Below are positions 1-8,575 of a DNA stretch of 39,756 nucleotides, piece after piece. The notes beneath the pieces were generated by a model that was not told the origin of the DNA, searched no databases, and saw only the letters and a list, made by a program, of their open reading frames with translations. Location: the IMG/VR virus record IMGVR_UViG_3300045988_064554; one strand, written 5' to 3'. The DNA comes from a virus. Within the stretch, counting starts at the first letter, position 1. Each line of letters begins with the position of its first letter. The position numbers were made by a program, and so were the translations under genes.

Positions 1-127
1 TTTGAAACCGTAGTTATAATTGCATTTAACACGTTACTTATCACTGATTTAATACTATTCCATACGGTTGTAATAACTGTCTGAATGTTGTTGATTGCGG
101 TTGATACCGCTGTTTTTATGGCTTCCC
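1..127. repeat. Terminal overlap: bases 1-127 are identical to 39630-39756. The window is therefore one circular (or terminally redundant) genome of 39629 unique bp, opened inside the tape-measure gene.
   Basis: Base-by-base comparison of both window ends. The copy lies inside a continuous ORF, not at an att site. Confidence 0.95.
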
Positions 128-1946
128 ATATTGTTGTAAAGGTATTTTTAATACCATCCAATATAGGGGTCAGGAATCCAACAATAGCATTCCAAATATT
201 GCTGATGGTGGTTGAAATTGCATCAAGTGCTGTTGATACAGCGTTCTTGATAAACTCCCAAGCTGCAATGATATATTCCTTGCAGTTTTCCCATATAAAC
301 ATCCAAGGCATTGTGATGATCTGAAATGCAGCACTGATGATTTCACCAATAAACATGATAGCAACCTGCACTGCATTCTTGATTGTTTCCCACACTGCAC
401 TTACAGTATCAGCTATTGCAGTAAACACATTGGTTACTGTTTCTTTTATGACATCTATCTTTTCAGATATTGCCGTTTTGATGTTCTCCCAAGCCTGTTT
501 GATTGAATCAACTAAACCTGTGAAGAATCCTTTGATTGCTTCAATGGCAGTACTTACTGCTTCTTTTACAGATTCCCAAGCATTTGTGACTGCTTCTCTG
601 AATCCATCATTGGTGTTCCACAATGTGATCAAGGCAACCACAAGTCCGGCTATAATTGATATAATAAATACAGCGGGATTTGCAAGCATGGCTGTATTCA
701 ATCCGGTTTGTGCTACTGTTGCAGTTTCTTCCACACCTGTTAAAATTCCAATTGCTGTACTCACTGCACTAATCAGTGATGATATTGCCATAGCAACCTT
801 TAAGGTTACGAATCCGGCAGCAACTCCGGCTATCAGTGGTGACCAATCCTTGAACGTTTGAATAATCTTAGGTATATCTTCAATAAGACCACCTAGTTTT
901 TCAAGGAAGTTTTCAACACCGTCCATTCCTTTTTCAAAGAATGTTGTAAAATCAATCTTTTGAATCCAGTCAAATACCCTTTGTAGGGCATCACCGACAG
1001 ACGTTGCAAATGCATCCCAATCTATCGTTTCCATCCAGTCCGACAACTGCTGTAAAAATCCCATAACAGTAGGTGCAAGTTTTGAACCTACTTTTGTAAG
1101 GATATTCTCAAACAATGCCTGTACTGAACCCCATGAACCTGATATTGTAGTACCTGCTTCAAGTGCTGTTGTTCCGGTTATACCTAAGTTGTCCTGAATC
1201 TTGTGAATAGCTTCAATCATTTGGTCAAACGTTACGTTATCCAAACTTTCAATCTTTTCACCAAGTACACCTGAATCATTTATCAATCTGATCATTTCAG
1301 ATTGTGTACCACCATAACCAAGTTTCAGGTTATCCAACATTGTGTAATTCTGCTTTGCAAAACCCTGATAAGCGTCCTGTATCGAACCTATGTCAGTACC
1401 CATCTTGTTAGCATTATCTGACATATCAGTGATAGCAAGGTTGGTCAGTTCAACCGCTTTTGCAGTATCACCGCCAAGACCTTGAATCAGTGAAGCAGCA
1501 AATGACGTTGCGGTGTCCATATACTGATTTGAACTCATTCCGGCTGTCTTATATGCCTTTTCAGCATAATCAATCAGTTTACCGGAACTGTCTTTGAATA
1601 GTGTTTCAACACCACCAACTAACTGTTCATATTCAGCATAGTGACTAACCGCTGATTTTGTCACATCTTCCATTTTTTCAGCTAACTGTGTACATCCTGA
1701 AATTACTTTTGTGATTGCTGTAGATGCTAAATTCGCAAGCGTGGCTTTCCATGTTGTAAATCCACTGTCTGCATTCTTGGCAGCTTGTCCGGCATCTTCT
1801 ACTGAATCACCTGCACCATCTGCCTTTTTGTCAACATCTTCCAGTGTTTCAGCAGTGTCCTTTGCAGACTTTGAAACCTTTTCAATGTTGTTTACCGCAT
1901 CAGCGTAATTGATCGTTATTTTTCCGACCAACGAAAAAATATCCAA
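1..1946 (-). CDS. Tail tape measure protein, N-terminal about 648 codons. The ORF runs off base 1 and resumes at 39629.
   Basis: The minus frame is open from TTG 1946 to base 1. The RBS AAAGGGGGTGG lies 7 nt upstream, and the start is one codon after the chaperone stop. The frame matches ORF 39191..39673 once the 127-bp overlap is removed. Hydrophobic central helices and repeated W-x2-IK motifs are present, and the gene sits between the chaperone and Dit. It is absent from the ORF track only because it has no stop inside the window. Confidence 0.9.
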   Translation of the reverse strand, partial: MDIFSLVGKITINYADAVNNIEKVSKSAKDTAETLEDVDKKADGAGDSVEDAGQAAKNADSGFTTWKATLANLASTAITKVISGCTQLAEKMEDVTKSAVSHYAEYEQLVGGVETLFKDSSGKLIDYAEKAYKTAGMSSNQYMDTATSFAASLIQGLGGDTAKAVELTNLAITDMSDNANKMGTDIGSIQDAYQGFAKQNYTMLDNLKLGYGGTQSEMIRLINDSGVLGEKIESLDNVTFDQMIEAIHKIQDNLGITGTTALEAGTTISGSWGSVQALFENILTKVGSKLAPTVMGFLQQLSDWMETIDWDAFATSVGDALQRVFDWIQKIDFTTFFEKGMDGVENFLEKLGGLIEDIPKIIQTFKDWSPLIAGVAAGFVTLKVAMAISSLISAVSTAIGILTGVEETATVAQTGLNTAMLANPAVFIISIIAGLVVALITLWNTNDGFREAVTNAWESVKEAVSTAIEAIKGFFTGLVDSIKQAWENIKTAISEKIDVIKETVTNVFTAIADTVSAVWETIKNAVQVAIMFIGEIISAAFQIITMPWMFIWENCKEYIIAAWEFIKNAVSTALDAISTTISNIWNAIVGFLTPILDGIKNTFTTIWEAIKTAVSTAINNIQTVITTVWNSIKSVISNVLNAIITTVS

Positions 1947-1949
1947 CGA

Positions 1950-2683
1950 TTAGCCACCCCCTTTCAACGGTGGCACGAATCCATTCAGAATTTTATTTGC
2001 TTTTTCCACCTGTAACTTAATCTGTGCATTGTTCATTGTCGGTTCAGTTTGTTCAGTGTTTTCACCTTTCGGTGCTGTACTCATAAACCGCTGTTTAAAT
2101 TCTTCAAAATTTCCAACATCATCAGCAAGTGGGTTTGCTGTGATTGCACAGTATAAGTCCCACTGTTTATCTTCATTGTCCTGTTTCAGGACTGTTCTAA
2201 CAGTAGCGTCTAATTTCCCCCGGCTGATTGCATTATCTAAATAGCTGTAGGGGTTACCATATCTACGGTTGCAGCATTCATCGAATCGTTCTGTTCCGTA
2301 CCCACTAATTCGGCAACACCCTCGAAAAAATCCATAAGATCATCTTTCTTAGCAAAATCTTTTACCATGACAACAAACTGTTTCAGCTTGAATTTCTTCA
2401 CATCATCAGCAGTAACCGCTGTACCGTTGTCCCACTCCATACAGTTAGCAAAAAACTTACAGATTTCATTTCTTGCCTTGGAAATGTTCTTGATCAGAAT
2501 GCCACATACCTTCATAGCAATGACAATACCAACTTCTTTCATATCTGTACCGGATTCCTGCAACTGCTGAATCTCGTCTTTGTCAAATGCACCAATAACC
2601 TGTTCTACTCCGATAACTGCAAGAACCTCACAAAAGTCAAATGCGTTATCGACCGTTAAATCCTTAAATCTGAAATCTGCCAT
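1950..2683 (-). CDS. Frameshift-extended tail assembly chaperone (gpGT-like), about 244 aa, made by a -1 slip at 2324-2330.
   Basis: I checked the -1 frame triplet by triplet. It is open from 2339 to the TAA at 1950-1952. The span of 734 nt plus 1 re-read nt gives 245 codons. The stop sits one codon before the tape-measure start. Confidence 0.8.
2237..2683 (-). CDS. Tail assembly chaperone (gpG-like), zero-frame product of 148 aa.
   Basis: ORF track. Acidic small protein located between the major tail and tape measure genes. Confidence 0.85.
   Translation of the reverse strand: MADFRFKDLTVDNAFDFCEVLAVIGVEQVIGAFDKDEIQQLQESGTDMKEVGIVIAMKVCGILIKNISKARNEICKFFANCMEWDNGTAVTADDVKKFKLKQFVVMVKDFAKKDDLMDFFEGVAELVGTEQNDSMNAATVDMVTPTAI
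2324..2330 (-). promoter_or_regulatory. -1 programmed ribosomal frameshift heptamer T TTT TTC (X XXY YYZ).
   Basis: Zero-frame codons are GAT TTT TTC. The heptamer is in the correct phase, and it lies just downstream of where the -1 frame opens (TGA at 2340-2342). Confidence 0.75.
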
Positions 2684-2685
2684 GA

Positions 2686-3003
2686 TTATTTATCCTCACT
2701 TTCTTTTTTCGCTCTGTTTCTTCTACCACCACTTGCAGGTTTATCCCGTTTTGGTGTAGGTTTTTCTTCATGTTCAACAGGTTCAGTCTGTTCACTTGCT
2801 GTTTCCTGTTCCTGATCTTCTACCTGTTCAGCAGATACAGCAGGTGTTTCCTGCTGCACTACTTCATCAGAAATATCAACCACAAACATCCCTTTGTCCT
2901 GAATTTCTGCAAATCTTTCTTCTGTCATATCCAGTTTTTCACCAATTACATGACCTTCACCTGTGTACTTGTCTGTGTATTCTCTAACTACAACTACTCT
3001 CAT
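2686..3003 (-). CDS. Hypothetical tail-module protein with an acidic E/Q-rich middle and a basic C-terminal tail.
   Basis: ORF track, tightly packed between the major tail and chaperone genes. No family recognised. Confidence 0.6.
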   Translation of the reverse strand: MRVVVVREYTDKYTGEGHVIGEKLDMTEERFAEIQDKGMFVVDISDEVVQQETPAVSAEQVEDQEQETASEQTEPVEHEEKPTPKRDKPASGGRRNRAKKESEDK

Positions 3004-3015
3004 AATTCACACCCC

Positions 3016-3600
3016 CTACACAACAGAAGTTGGGTAATAAATTGCAATATCCAACTTGTTTAAGCTGTCATTTTCAAGGTCTGCTGTACACTCAAACTTG
3101 ACAGCAAATGTTGTCTGTTCAGCATTCTTTGTTTCCAGTTCAAACGCTTCTGTACAGAGTGCATTCGGTAAAATGATAATTACATTTTTACCGCTTGAAA
3201 GTGTTCCAACGTAGGCAACATTTTCAAGATAATCTGCTTCTGTGATGTTTTCCTTAGATACATATTTGACATAGGTTGTATCTTCGGAAGTGGATTTTAC
3301 GAGGTGTAATGCATTTACAAGAATATCTTCTGTAAGTTCTGTCATCTGACCTTCAAGTGTGGCAGATTCACCAACCTTCTGCTTGCTGACACCCTTGATC
3401 AGTACAGTTGCACCGTCCACCTCAACATCTAACCACTGTGCTTCATAATTGAACTTAAGACCACCGGAAGTTGCACCAAGTGGTGTACCAGTCCAACCAT
3501 TGGCTGATTTTTCATACTTAAGATTTTTGTAAATAACACCTGCACCCAAGATCATATTCTTGATAGTTTCAGATGTAATACCATGCTTTTTTAAGCCCAT
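3016..3600 (-). CDS. Major tail (tube) protein.
   Basis: Position and size fit. I prefer the ATG at 3600: GAAAGGAG lies 9 nt upstream, and this start avoids overlap with the upstream stop at 3605. The track ORF starts at 3624. Confidence 0.8.
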   Translation of the reverse strand: MGLKKHGITSETIKNMILGAGVIYKNLKYEKSANGWTGTPLGATSGGLKFNYEAQWLDVEVDGATVLIKGVSKQKVGESATLEGQMTELTEDILVNALHLVKSTSEDTTYVKYVSKENITEADYLENVAYVGTLSSGKNVIIILPNALCTEAFELETKNAEQTTFAVKFECTADLENDSLNKLDIAIYYPTSVV

Positions 3601-3604
3601 TCTT

Positions 3605-3970
3605 TTATGCTCCTTTCCACTCATTTGTGTTAAGTGTTATCGTAATTCTAAAAAGATCTTCTTCACCTGTTGGAATCATTAAACCGTTCCAATAGGTAAT
3701 AAAAAAAGCAGTTCCTTCCTGAACTGCCCTTAAATCTTCAAATGCTTTTTTTAATTTGTCATTTATTTCTGCAAGCGGTAATTTTGACCCCCTTGACCAA
3801 CCGTCAAGTGTAAACACACCGCCTGTATATCCGTCCTCTAATCTGTGTTCAGTTTCATTGAACGAACCGACAAAGTAAGGATAGCTAATTTCACCCGTCC
3901 ATTCACCAAATTCATAGGGAATACCAAGTTGATCAAGCTGATCAGAAATAAAACCAAGCATATCAACCAT
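3605..3970 (-). CDS. Putative tail terminator / tail completion protein.
   Basis: Last gene of the connector set, immediately before the major tail gene. 121 aa. Confidence 0.5.
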   Translation of the reverse strand: MVDMLGFISDQLDQLGIPYEFGEWTGEISYPYFVGSFNETEHRLEDGYTGGVFTLDGWSRGSKLPLAEINDKLKKAFEDLRAVQEGTAFFITYWNGLMIPTGEEDLFRITITLNTNEWKGA

Positions 3971-3972
3971 AA

Positions 3973-4395
3973 TTAACCCCCTAAATTCTGTTTAATAACA
4001 TTTACAAGCTGTCTCTTTATCTTTGGGGCTACACTCTGAAATGCTTTCGTGAGTGGTTGTCGTGGTGTTTTTCCGTAAGTATGGTAAAATTTACCGTCTT
4101 TCTTACTCTTATAAACCCAACCGCCTTTTCTTCCATCACCATGCAGTGCATATTCACCAGTACCAAATTCTTCCCAAATCGCATTTTCAAGGTCTGAACC
4201 TACAGCAACAGTTGATTCATCTTTTCCTTCATCAACCATATACTTGTAAGACCCCTTTGTTTGTCCGGTATCAACCCTGCTGTTTCTTTGGGTCTGTGCC
4301 TGTATTTCACCACCTGCTTCGTGAAGGAATCCAATAACCCCTTCCGATAATGCAGCTTTAATTTTTGCTGTGTTATCTGTAAATTCAACTGACAT
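3973..4395 (-). CDS. HK97 gp10-family head-tail joining protein.
   Basis: Sequence pattern (VDTGQTKGSY...GSDLENAIWEEFGTG) and synteny. Confidence 0.7.
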   Translation of the reverse strand: MSVEFTDNTAKIKAALSEGVIGFLHEAGGEIQAQTQRNSRVDTGQTKGSYKYMVDEGKDESTVAVGSDLENAIWEEFGTGEYALHGDGRKGGWVYKSKKDGKFYHTYGKTPRQPLTKAFQSVAPKIKRQLVNVIKQNLGG

Positions 4396-4396
4396 A

Positions 4397-4813
4397 CTAC
4401 TGACCCCCTATAAATCTTAAATAGATTTCTAAATGATCATGCATATTCATAGGGTCATCAATCAGAAGGATTTCATACACTTCACCATTCACAATCATTC
4501 TTGCATTGTCACTTGTCACATCAACGGTTTCCTGTTCATCCGTCTTACTGATCACACCTGTCAGAAAACTGAATGGATTCCAAACCCAATCAGTTGACAG
4601 GTTTTTCAGATTGGTAAAGTCACACAAGAAAATGTGTGTACTTTCCTGAACCTTGGCATAAAAAGTTGTGTGCTTTGAATCACCTGTTGATAAATCCAAC
4701 CAACCTAAGATTGATGTACAATCAACCCATGTGTTTACACGCTCACCTATGGCATTTTTAGCACCGTTCTTTTTTACCTGTAACAATGCTTGAATGTTAC
4801 CGCCAACACTCAT
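4397..4813 (-). CDS. Head closure protein (SPP1 gp16 / HK97 gp7-like).
   Basis: Synteny between the gp6-like and gp10-like genes. 138 aa. Confidence 0.6.
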   Translation of the reverse strand: MSVGGNIQALLQVKKNGAKNAIGERVNTWVDCTSILGWLDLSTGDSKHTTFYAKVQESTHIFLCDFTNLKNLSTDWVWNPFSFLTGVISKTDEQETVDVTSDNARMIVNGEVYEILLIDDPMNMHDHLEIYLRFIGGQ

Positions 4814-4817
4814 ATAA

Positions 4818-5342
4818 TCAGAATCTAGCCTTTATATAAGGCTTTAAGAATCCAAGTATGGCAACAGGATAGCCCATAACCTGATTGTTAGCATCCTGAT
4901 CAAAGTAAGTTGCACTGTATCTTGACAGCGTTTCAGACTTGACCCCGGTTTTCGGTCTGTTCTTAATATCCCACTTAAGCAGTTCAAGCACACCTGCACG
5001 AATATCAGCCGGATATTCCACCTTAGTGATCAGGTTTGTACTTTTATACAACTCCTGATTAACTCTGATGAAATCATCACCAATTTCAGTAATGGTATAC
5101 AGTCCATCATTCACCATTGACTGTGAAATCTGAACTGTATCACCCACTTTTAAGAAATCTGATGTTCTAAGCAAACGATTACCCAAACTATCAGCGGTAA
5201 AACGAACAAACCGATTCTGAAAATTGTTATTAGTGTATGCTCTGATCATAAGTTCAGCAGCGTTCAGTTTTTCTTCAATCACCTTTTCATTTTGCACAGC
5301 AAATTCAGGTAATTTCATTACATCATCAACTGCTAATATCAT
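4818..5342 (-). CDS. Head-tail connector (gp6-like adaptor).
   Basis: First gene after the capsid gene. The N-terminal pattern is typical of gp6-like connectors. Confidence 0.6.
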   Translation of the reverse strand: MILAVDDVMKLPEFAVQNEKVIEEKLNAAELMIRAYTNNNFQNRFVRFTADSLGNRLLRTSDFLKVGDTVQISQSMVNDGLYTITEIGDDFIRVNQELYKSTNLITKVEYPADIRAGVLELLKWDIKNRPKTGVKSETLSRYSATYFDQDANNQVMGYPVAILGFLKPYIKARF

Positions 5343-5356
5343 CAGATCACCCTTTC

Positions 5357-6379
5357 TTAGACAACTGCTGTACCAACCTTGGACTTGATAAGACCCATCT
5401 TAACGTTCTTTGTATTGAACTTAAGGCTGTAGTTTGCAGACTCACCAAGTTCTGCATAAGTCGGTGATTCTTTTGCAATCTGATCAACTGCTAAAGAAAG
5501 ACCATTCGGATGCAGCACCTTACCCTGCTTTGTATAGAACTTGTCAATACCTGCGGATGCTTCCGGGTCATAGTTGGTTGTATACTGATTCTCATAGTTG
5601 CTCTTATCACAAGATAAAAATGCACCTTCGCCAAACAGATATGTGTTGTAAACCGCATCTGCACCTGCTCCTGTAGCTGTAAATCTGTCAGTTACAAGTA
5701 CGTGTTTACCTGCGATAGTTGGCAATGTAATTTCTTTCTGAATCACACCGTTGACAACATACTTATCATAGTCAACCATTTCCATTTTCTTGTACTCTTT
5801 GAAGATCATGGAATGCATAACCATCAGACCGAGACCACCTGCCATATCACCAAGTGCTGCCTGTTCTGCATCGTAAATTGTACCTGCTTCAATGTTTGTC
5901 TTAGTACCTTTAGTAAGATCAAGTACATGATCGCTAAGTGCTGCAACTGCCAATACTGCCTGTGCAATGTTCATCAGTTCTTTTTCCCAAACCTGACCAT
6001 AATAACCTGCAATCTTATTTCTGATCAGTGTCATAGGGTCAGCACCAGTTAATTCCTTTGTAAAGTCTTTAGCCTTGAATGCTTTCATTCTCTGGATAAG
6101 CATACAAGTCTGTTTGTCACCGCTGATTTCAACAGGTGTGTTGTTTGTTTCACCATCGTTGTTCAGTGCTTCCATACCGCTTTCATTTGCGTCAATCGGC
6201 TTATAGATTGGAATTGTTGCCACGTTTCCATGCTCACCGATCAAGTCCATAATAGAACTGTCCTGCTGCACGATACCGGAAGCAATGATTGGTGTAGTCC
6301 AATAGTCGGCTTCCTGCATCATCCCGGTAAATACTTCTTCATCAAAAGCAAAACCGCCAAAATTTCCTGTTCTTGCCAT
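5357..6379 (-). CDS. Major capsid protein.
   Basis: 340 aa ORF directly downstream of the scaffold gene, in a conserved head-module position. Confidence 0.85.
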   Translation of the reverse strand: MARTGNFGGFAFDEEVFTGMMQEADYWTTPIIASGIVQQDSSIMDLIGEHGNVATIPIYKPIDANESGMEALNNDGETNNTPVEISGDKQTCMLIQRMKAFKAKDFTKELTGADPMTLIRNKIAGYYGQVWEKELMNIAQAVLAVAALSDHVLDLTKGTKTNIEAGTIYDAEQAALGDMAGGLGLMVMHSMIFKEYKKMEMVDYDKYVVNGVIQKEITLPTIAGKHVLVTDRFTATGAGADAVYNTYLFGEGAFLSCDKSNYENQYTTNYDPEASAGIDKFYTKQGKVLHPNGLSLAVDQIAKESPTYAELGESANYSLKFNTKNVKMGLIKSKVGTAVV

Positions 6380-6402
6380 TTAATTCACCATTTTAACCTT
6401 TC

Positions 6403-7074
6403 TTAGTGTACATTTAACTGTTTGAATAACTCCGGGTTTTCCTCTTTGAGTTTCAGTCTTTCGTTGTAACCCATCTTAAGGAACTGTTCTTTGGTAACTG
6501 TCTTGTCTTTATCCCCACCCGGCAGGTTGTTTTCAATAATCTTTCTGTTACCACTCTGCTGCTGATTACCATTGGATGCTTCAAACATGGTAGGATGCTG
6601 TGTTTTAAGACCTGAAATCAGATCATCTTCACCCTTGATTTTTCCATCATCACCAAGTTTGATTTCACCTTTTTCCTTTGCCTTGAATACAAGATAATCA
6701 ACATCAACCGCACCGGCTGCAACCAACGCAAATTTCAATGCATTTTCTGTTTTCAGTTCTGCATTCTCTTTCTTAAGGTCTGCAATCTCTGTTTCATATG
6801 CAGTGATTTTCTGCTGTGTTTCTTCATCTTTTCCGGCTGACTTTTTCAGTTCTTCAATCAGGTTATTAGCCTTGGTCAGTTCTGTAGTCTTACCGGAAAG
6901 GTCAGTTTCAAGGTTGGTGTATTTGTCCTTAGACACATAACCACCATCAGTAAGGTTAACCATCTTGATCAGCTTCTCTTTGTTCTTTTCATCACCGTTA
7001 TAGGCATTGATTGCTTGTACCAGTTCATCGTAGGTGATAGCCTTATCACCAAAAAATGCTTTTAAAAATTCCAT
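6403..7074 (-). CDS. Scaffolding protein (Phage_GP20-like coiled coil).
   Basis: Coiled-coil K/E-rich sequence. I prefer the start at ATG 7074, which has the RBS GAGAAAGGAAG. The track ORF extends to 7146. Confidence 0.8.
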   Translation of the reverse strand: MEFLKAFFGDKAITYDELVQAINAYNGDEKNKEKLIKMVNLTDGGYVSKDKYTNLETDLSGKTTELTKANNLIEELKKSAGKDEETQQKITAYETEIADLKKENAELKTENALKFALVAAGAVDVDYLVFKAKEKGEIKLGDDGKIKGEDDLISGLKTQHPTMFEASNGNQQQSGNRKIIENNLPGGDKDKTVTKEQFLKMGYNERLKLKEENPELFKQLNVH

Positions 7075-7198
7075 GTTTCTTCTTCCTTTCTCCGTCATGT
7101 TTTTATATCCGGTGTCACCGGGAACGGTCAACAGTTTATATCTCATGTTGCAGGAGTCATTTCAGCAGCAGTTTAAACGTCATAAGCCTTTTTCGGAC

Positions 7199-7223
7199 AA
7201 AAGAAAAACACCCTTGCGGATGT
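7199..7223 (-). terminator. Rho-independent terminator after the Tad2-like gene.
   Basis: Minus-strand RNA reads ACAUCC-GCAA-GGGUGU followed by UUUUUCUUUU. Confidence 0.7.
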
Positions 7224-7274
7224 CTTAAAAATACTATTTTACCCATAGTTGGAAGATTCTGGATCACCGCCTTT

Positions 7275-7769
7275 CTACTCTGCGAACACCCAGTCATCTG
7301 CCAGCATATCAGCCTGGGAAGCAAGCCATCCCATCTGAACACCAGATGTTCCGCAGAATGCGATAGCCATATTACCGATGGCATTATGTTCGCAGTTTAC
7401 GATTTCACCATCTGTTGCTTTGTAAGAGATCCCTGTGGCGAGCTGGATGTACTGTTTCTTTCCGTTCCAGCCTTTACGAGCTACTTTGAACCCTCTTTTC
7501 AGATATTTAATTGCTTCTCCGAAAGAAAAGGTTGCTTCTCCGCCAAGAATCGGACAGTTTCGACCATTAGCATAAATCCACTCATCTGAAAGAATGTTCT
7601 GAATCGTATACTCCACTCTCTGTGTTTCTCTAATGTCCAGACAGCCGCCATCTTTGGTGTACATGAGAATCGTCTGAGCTTCTTCATCCCACCACCAGTA
7701 TCCAGACCATGACGGTAATTTTACCGCGAGTCCAGATTTCATTTCTCTAAACGCTTCTTTGAAATTCAT
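7275..7769 (-). CDS. Tandem two-module DUF2829 / Tad2-like protein (candidate anti-Thoeris signal sponge).
   Basis: The C-terminal half (FSFGEAIKYLKRGFKVARKGWNGKKQYIQL...WLASQADMLADDWVFAE) matches the DUF2829 pattern as I remember it. The N-terminal half (MNFKEAFREMKSGLAVKLPSWSGYWWW...ILSDEWIYA) repeats the same pattern in shorter form. GGAGG lies 9 nt upstream of the ATG. Confidence 0.7.
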   Translation of the reverse strand: MNFKEAFREMKSGLAVKLPSWSGYWWWDEEAQTILMYTKDGGCLDIRETQRVEYTIQNILSDEWIYANGRNCPILGGEATFSFGEAIKYLKRGFKVARKGWNGKKQYIQLATGISYKATDGEIVNCEHNAIGNMAIAFCGTSGVQMGWLASQADMLADDWVFAE

Positions 7770-7782
7770 AATTCACTACCTC

Positions 7783-8067
7783 CTATTCTTCTGTATGGCA
7801 TGTATTAGTTATTTTACCGTATACATCTTCATACAGCTCCTGCTTATCACCGTTATAGGTATACTCTGCATAAATACCATCGCCGCTTACTGTAGTAGAT
7901 ACCAGGCATTTATAGTTCTGAAGCGTTTTACAAGACCACACCACAAACACATTAGATAAATCAATCGGCGGTGTTGTCGGTGTAACGGCATAGCCGTTTT
8001 TGTTATACCATTCCACCATCTTCTTTTTGCACACGCTCTGAAAGTGCGCCATACCTGTAATAATCAA
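7783..8067 (-). CDS. Small conserved phage protein, DUF6275-like (FVVWSCKTLQNYKCLVSTTVSGDGIYAEYTYNGDK).
   Basis: The track ORF runs to 8142, but its first codons overlap a terminator hairpin. More plausible starts are TTG 8067 (GAGAGG 9 nt upstream) or ATG 8052. Confidence 0.55.
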   Translation of the reverse strand: MIITGMAHFQSVCKKKMVEWYNKNGYAVTPTTPPIDLSNVFVVWSCKTLQNYKCLVSTTVSGDGIYAEYTYNGDKQELYEDVYGKITNTCHTEE

Positions 8068-8100
8068 TATCTTTGACCTCTCTTTCTTAAAATTGGGTAT

Positions 8101-8135
8101 AAAAATACCACCAATCATTTTTTGACCGATGGTAT
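8101..8135 (-). terminator. Rho-independent terminator, copy 1 of a duplicated hairpin.
   Basis: Minus-strand RNA reads AUACCAUCGGU...AUUGGUGGUAU followed by UUUUU. It starts at the stop codon of 8135..8350. Confidence 0.65.
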
Positions 8136-8350
8136 TAATCAATTATTATTTCTGGTTTGGGATACTTTTTTGGTACCTGCGTACCATATTTCTTAACTGT
8201 ATAATCATAGTTGTCGGCAACGCTTTTTAATAAATCATCTGCATATGCCGATTGATCAAAATCTATCTCATTTGGAATTTTAGGACAATATCCAAAATGA
8301 AGTACAAAATCTTTATGCGCCTTTTCAAATTTCGAGCATAAAACATTCAT
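8135..8350 (-). CDS. Hypothetical 71-aa moron protein.
   Basis: ORF track with the RBS AAAGGAGG upstream. Near-identical terminator hairpins lie on both sides. Confidence 0.65.
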   Translation of the reverse strand: MNVLCSKFEKAHKDFVLHFGYCPKIPNEIDFDQSAYADDLLKSVADNYDYTVKKYGTQVPKKYPKPEIIID

Positions 8351-8423
8351 TTACAACGCCTCCTTTATCTTCTTTTCAAAATATATCTTACACTTCTCAC
8401 CTCTTCGCCTTAAAAATGTGTAC

Positions 8424-8457
8424 AAAAATACCACCGGTCATTTCTGATCAATGGTAT
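8424..8457 (-). terminator. Rho-independent terminator, copy 2 of the duplicated hairpin.
   Basis: Minus-strand RNA reads AUACCAUUG...ACCGGUGGUAU followed by UUUU. It shares the forward-strand core AAAAATACCACC with copy 1. Confidence 0.6.
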
Positions 8458-8567
8458 TAAAAAATCTCCGGCCAATCTGTTAATTTTTCGCTTTCTTCTT
8501 TCAGACGCTGAAGTTCTTCTTCTCTTTCTTCTGGTGTCATATCTGGATTCGTAATAACAACATCCAT
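8457..8567 (-). CDS. Possible 36-aa acidic micro-ORF (MDVVITNPDMTPEEREEELQRLKEESEKLTDWPEIF).
   Basis: Found by hand translation; it is below the track cutoff. It starts 8 nt after the MuF stop, has a weak RBS, and ends at the terminator. Confidence 0.3.
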   Translation of the reverse strand: MDVVITNPDMTPEEREEELQRLKEESEKLTDWPEIF

Positions 8568-8575
8568 ATATGATC

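Noticed and set aside
85-1908. Plus-strand ORFs 85..324, 337..861 and 1711..1908, and the minus-strand ORF 170..400.
   Set aside because: They are antisense to, or out of frame with, the long open tape-measure frame. Their hydrophobic, low-complexity translations mirror the repetitive TMP sequence. None has an RBS.
7056-7589. 177-aa plus-strand ORF, plus 7157..7384 and 7499..7687 on the minus strand.
   Set aside because: They are antisense to or out of frame with the scaffold and Tad2-like genes, and they cross the terminator at 7199-7223.
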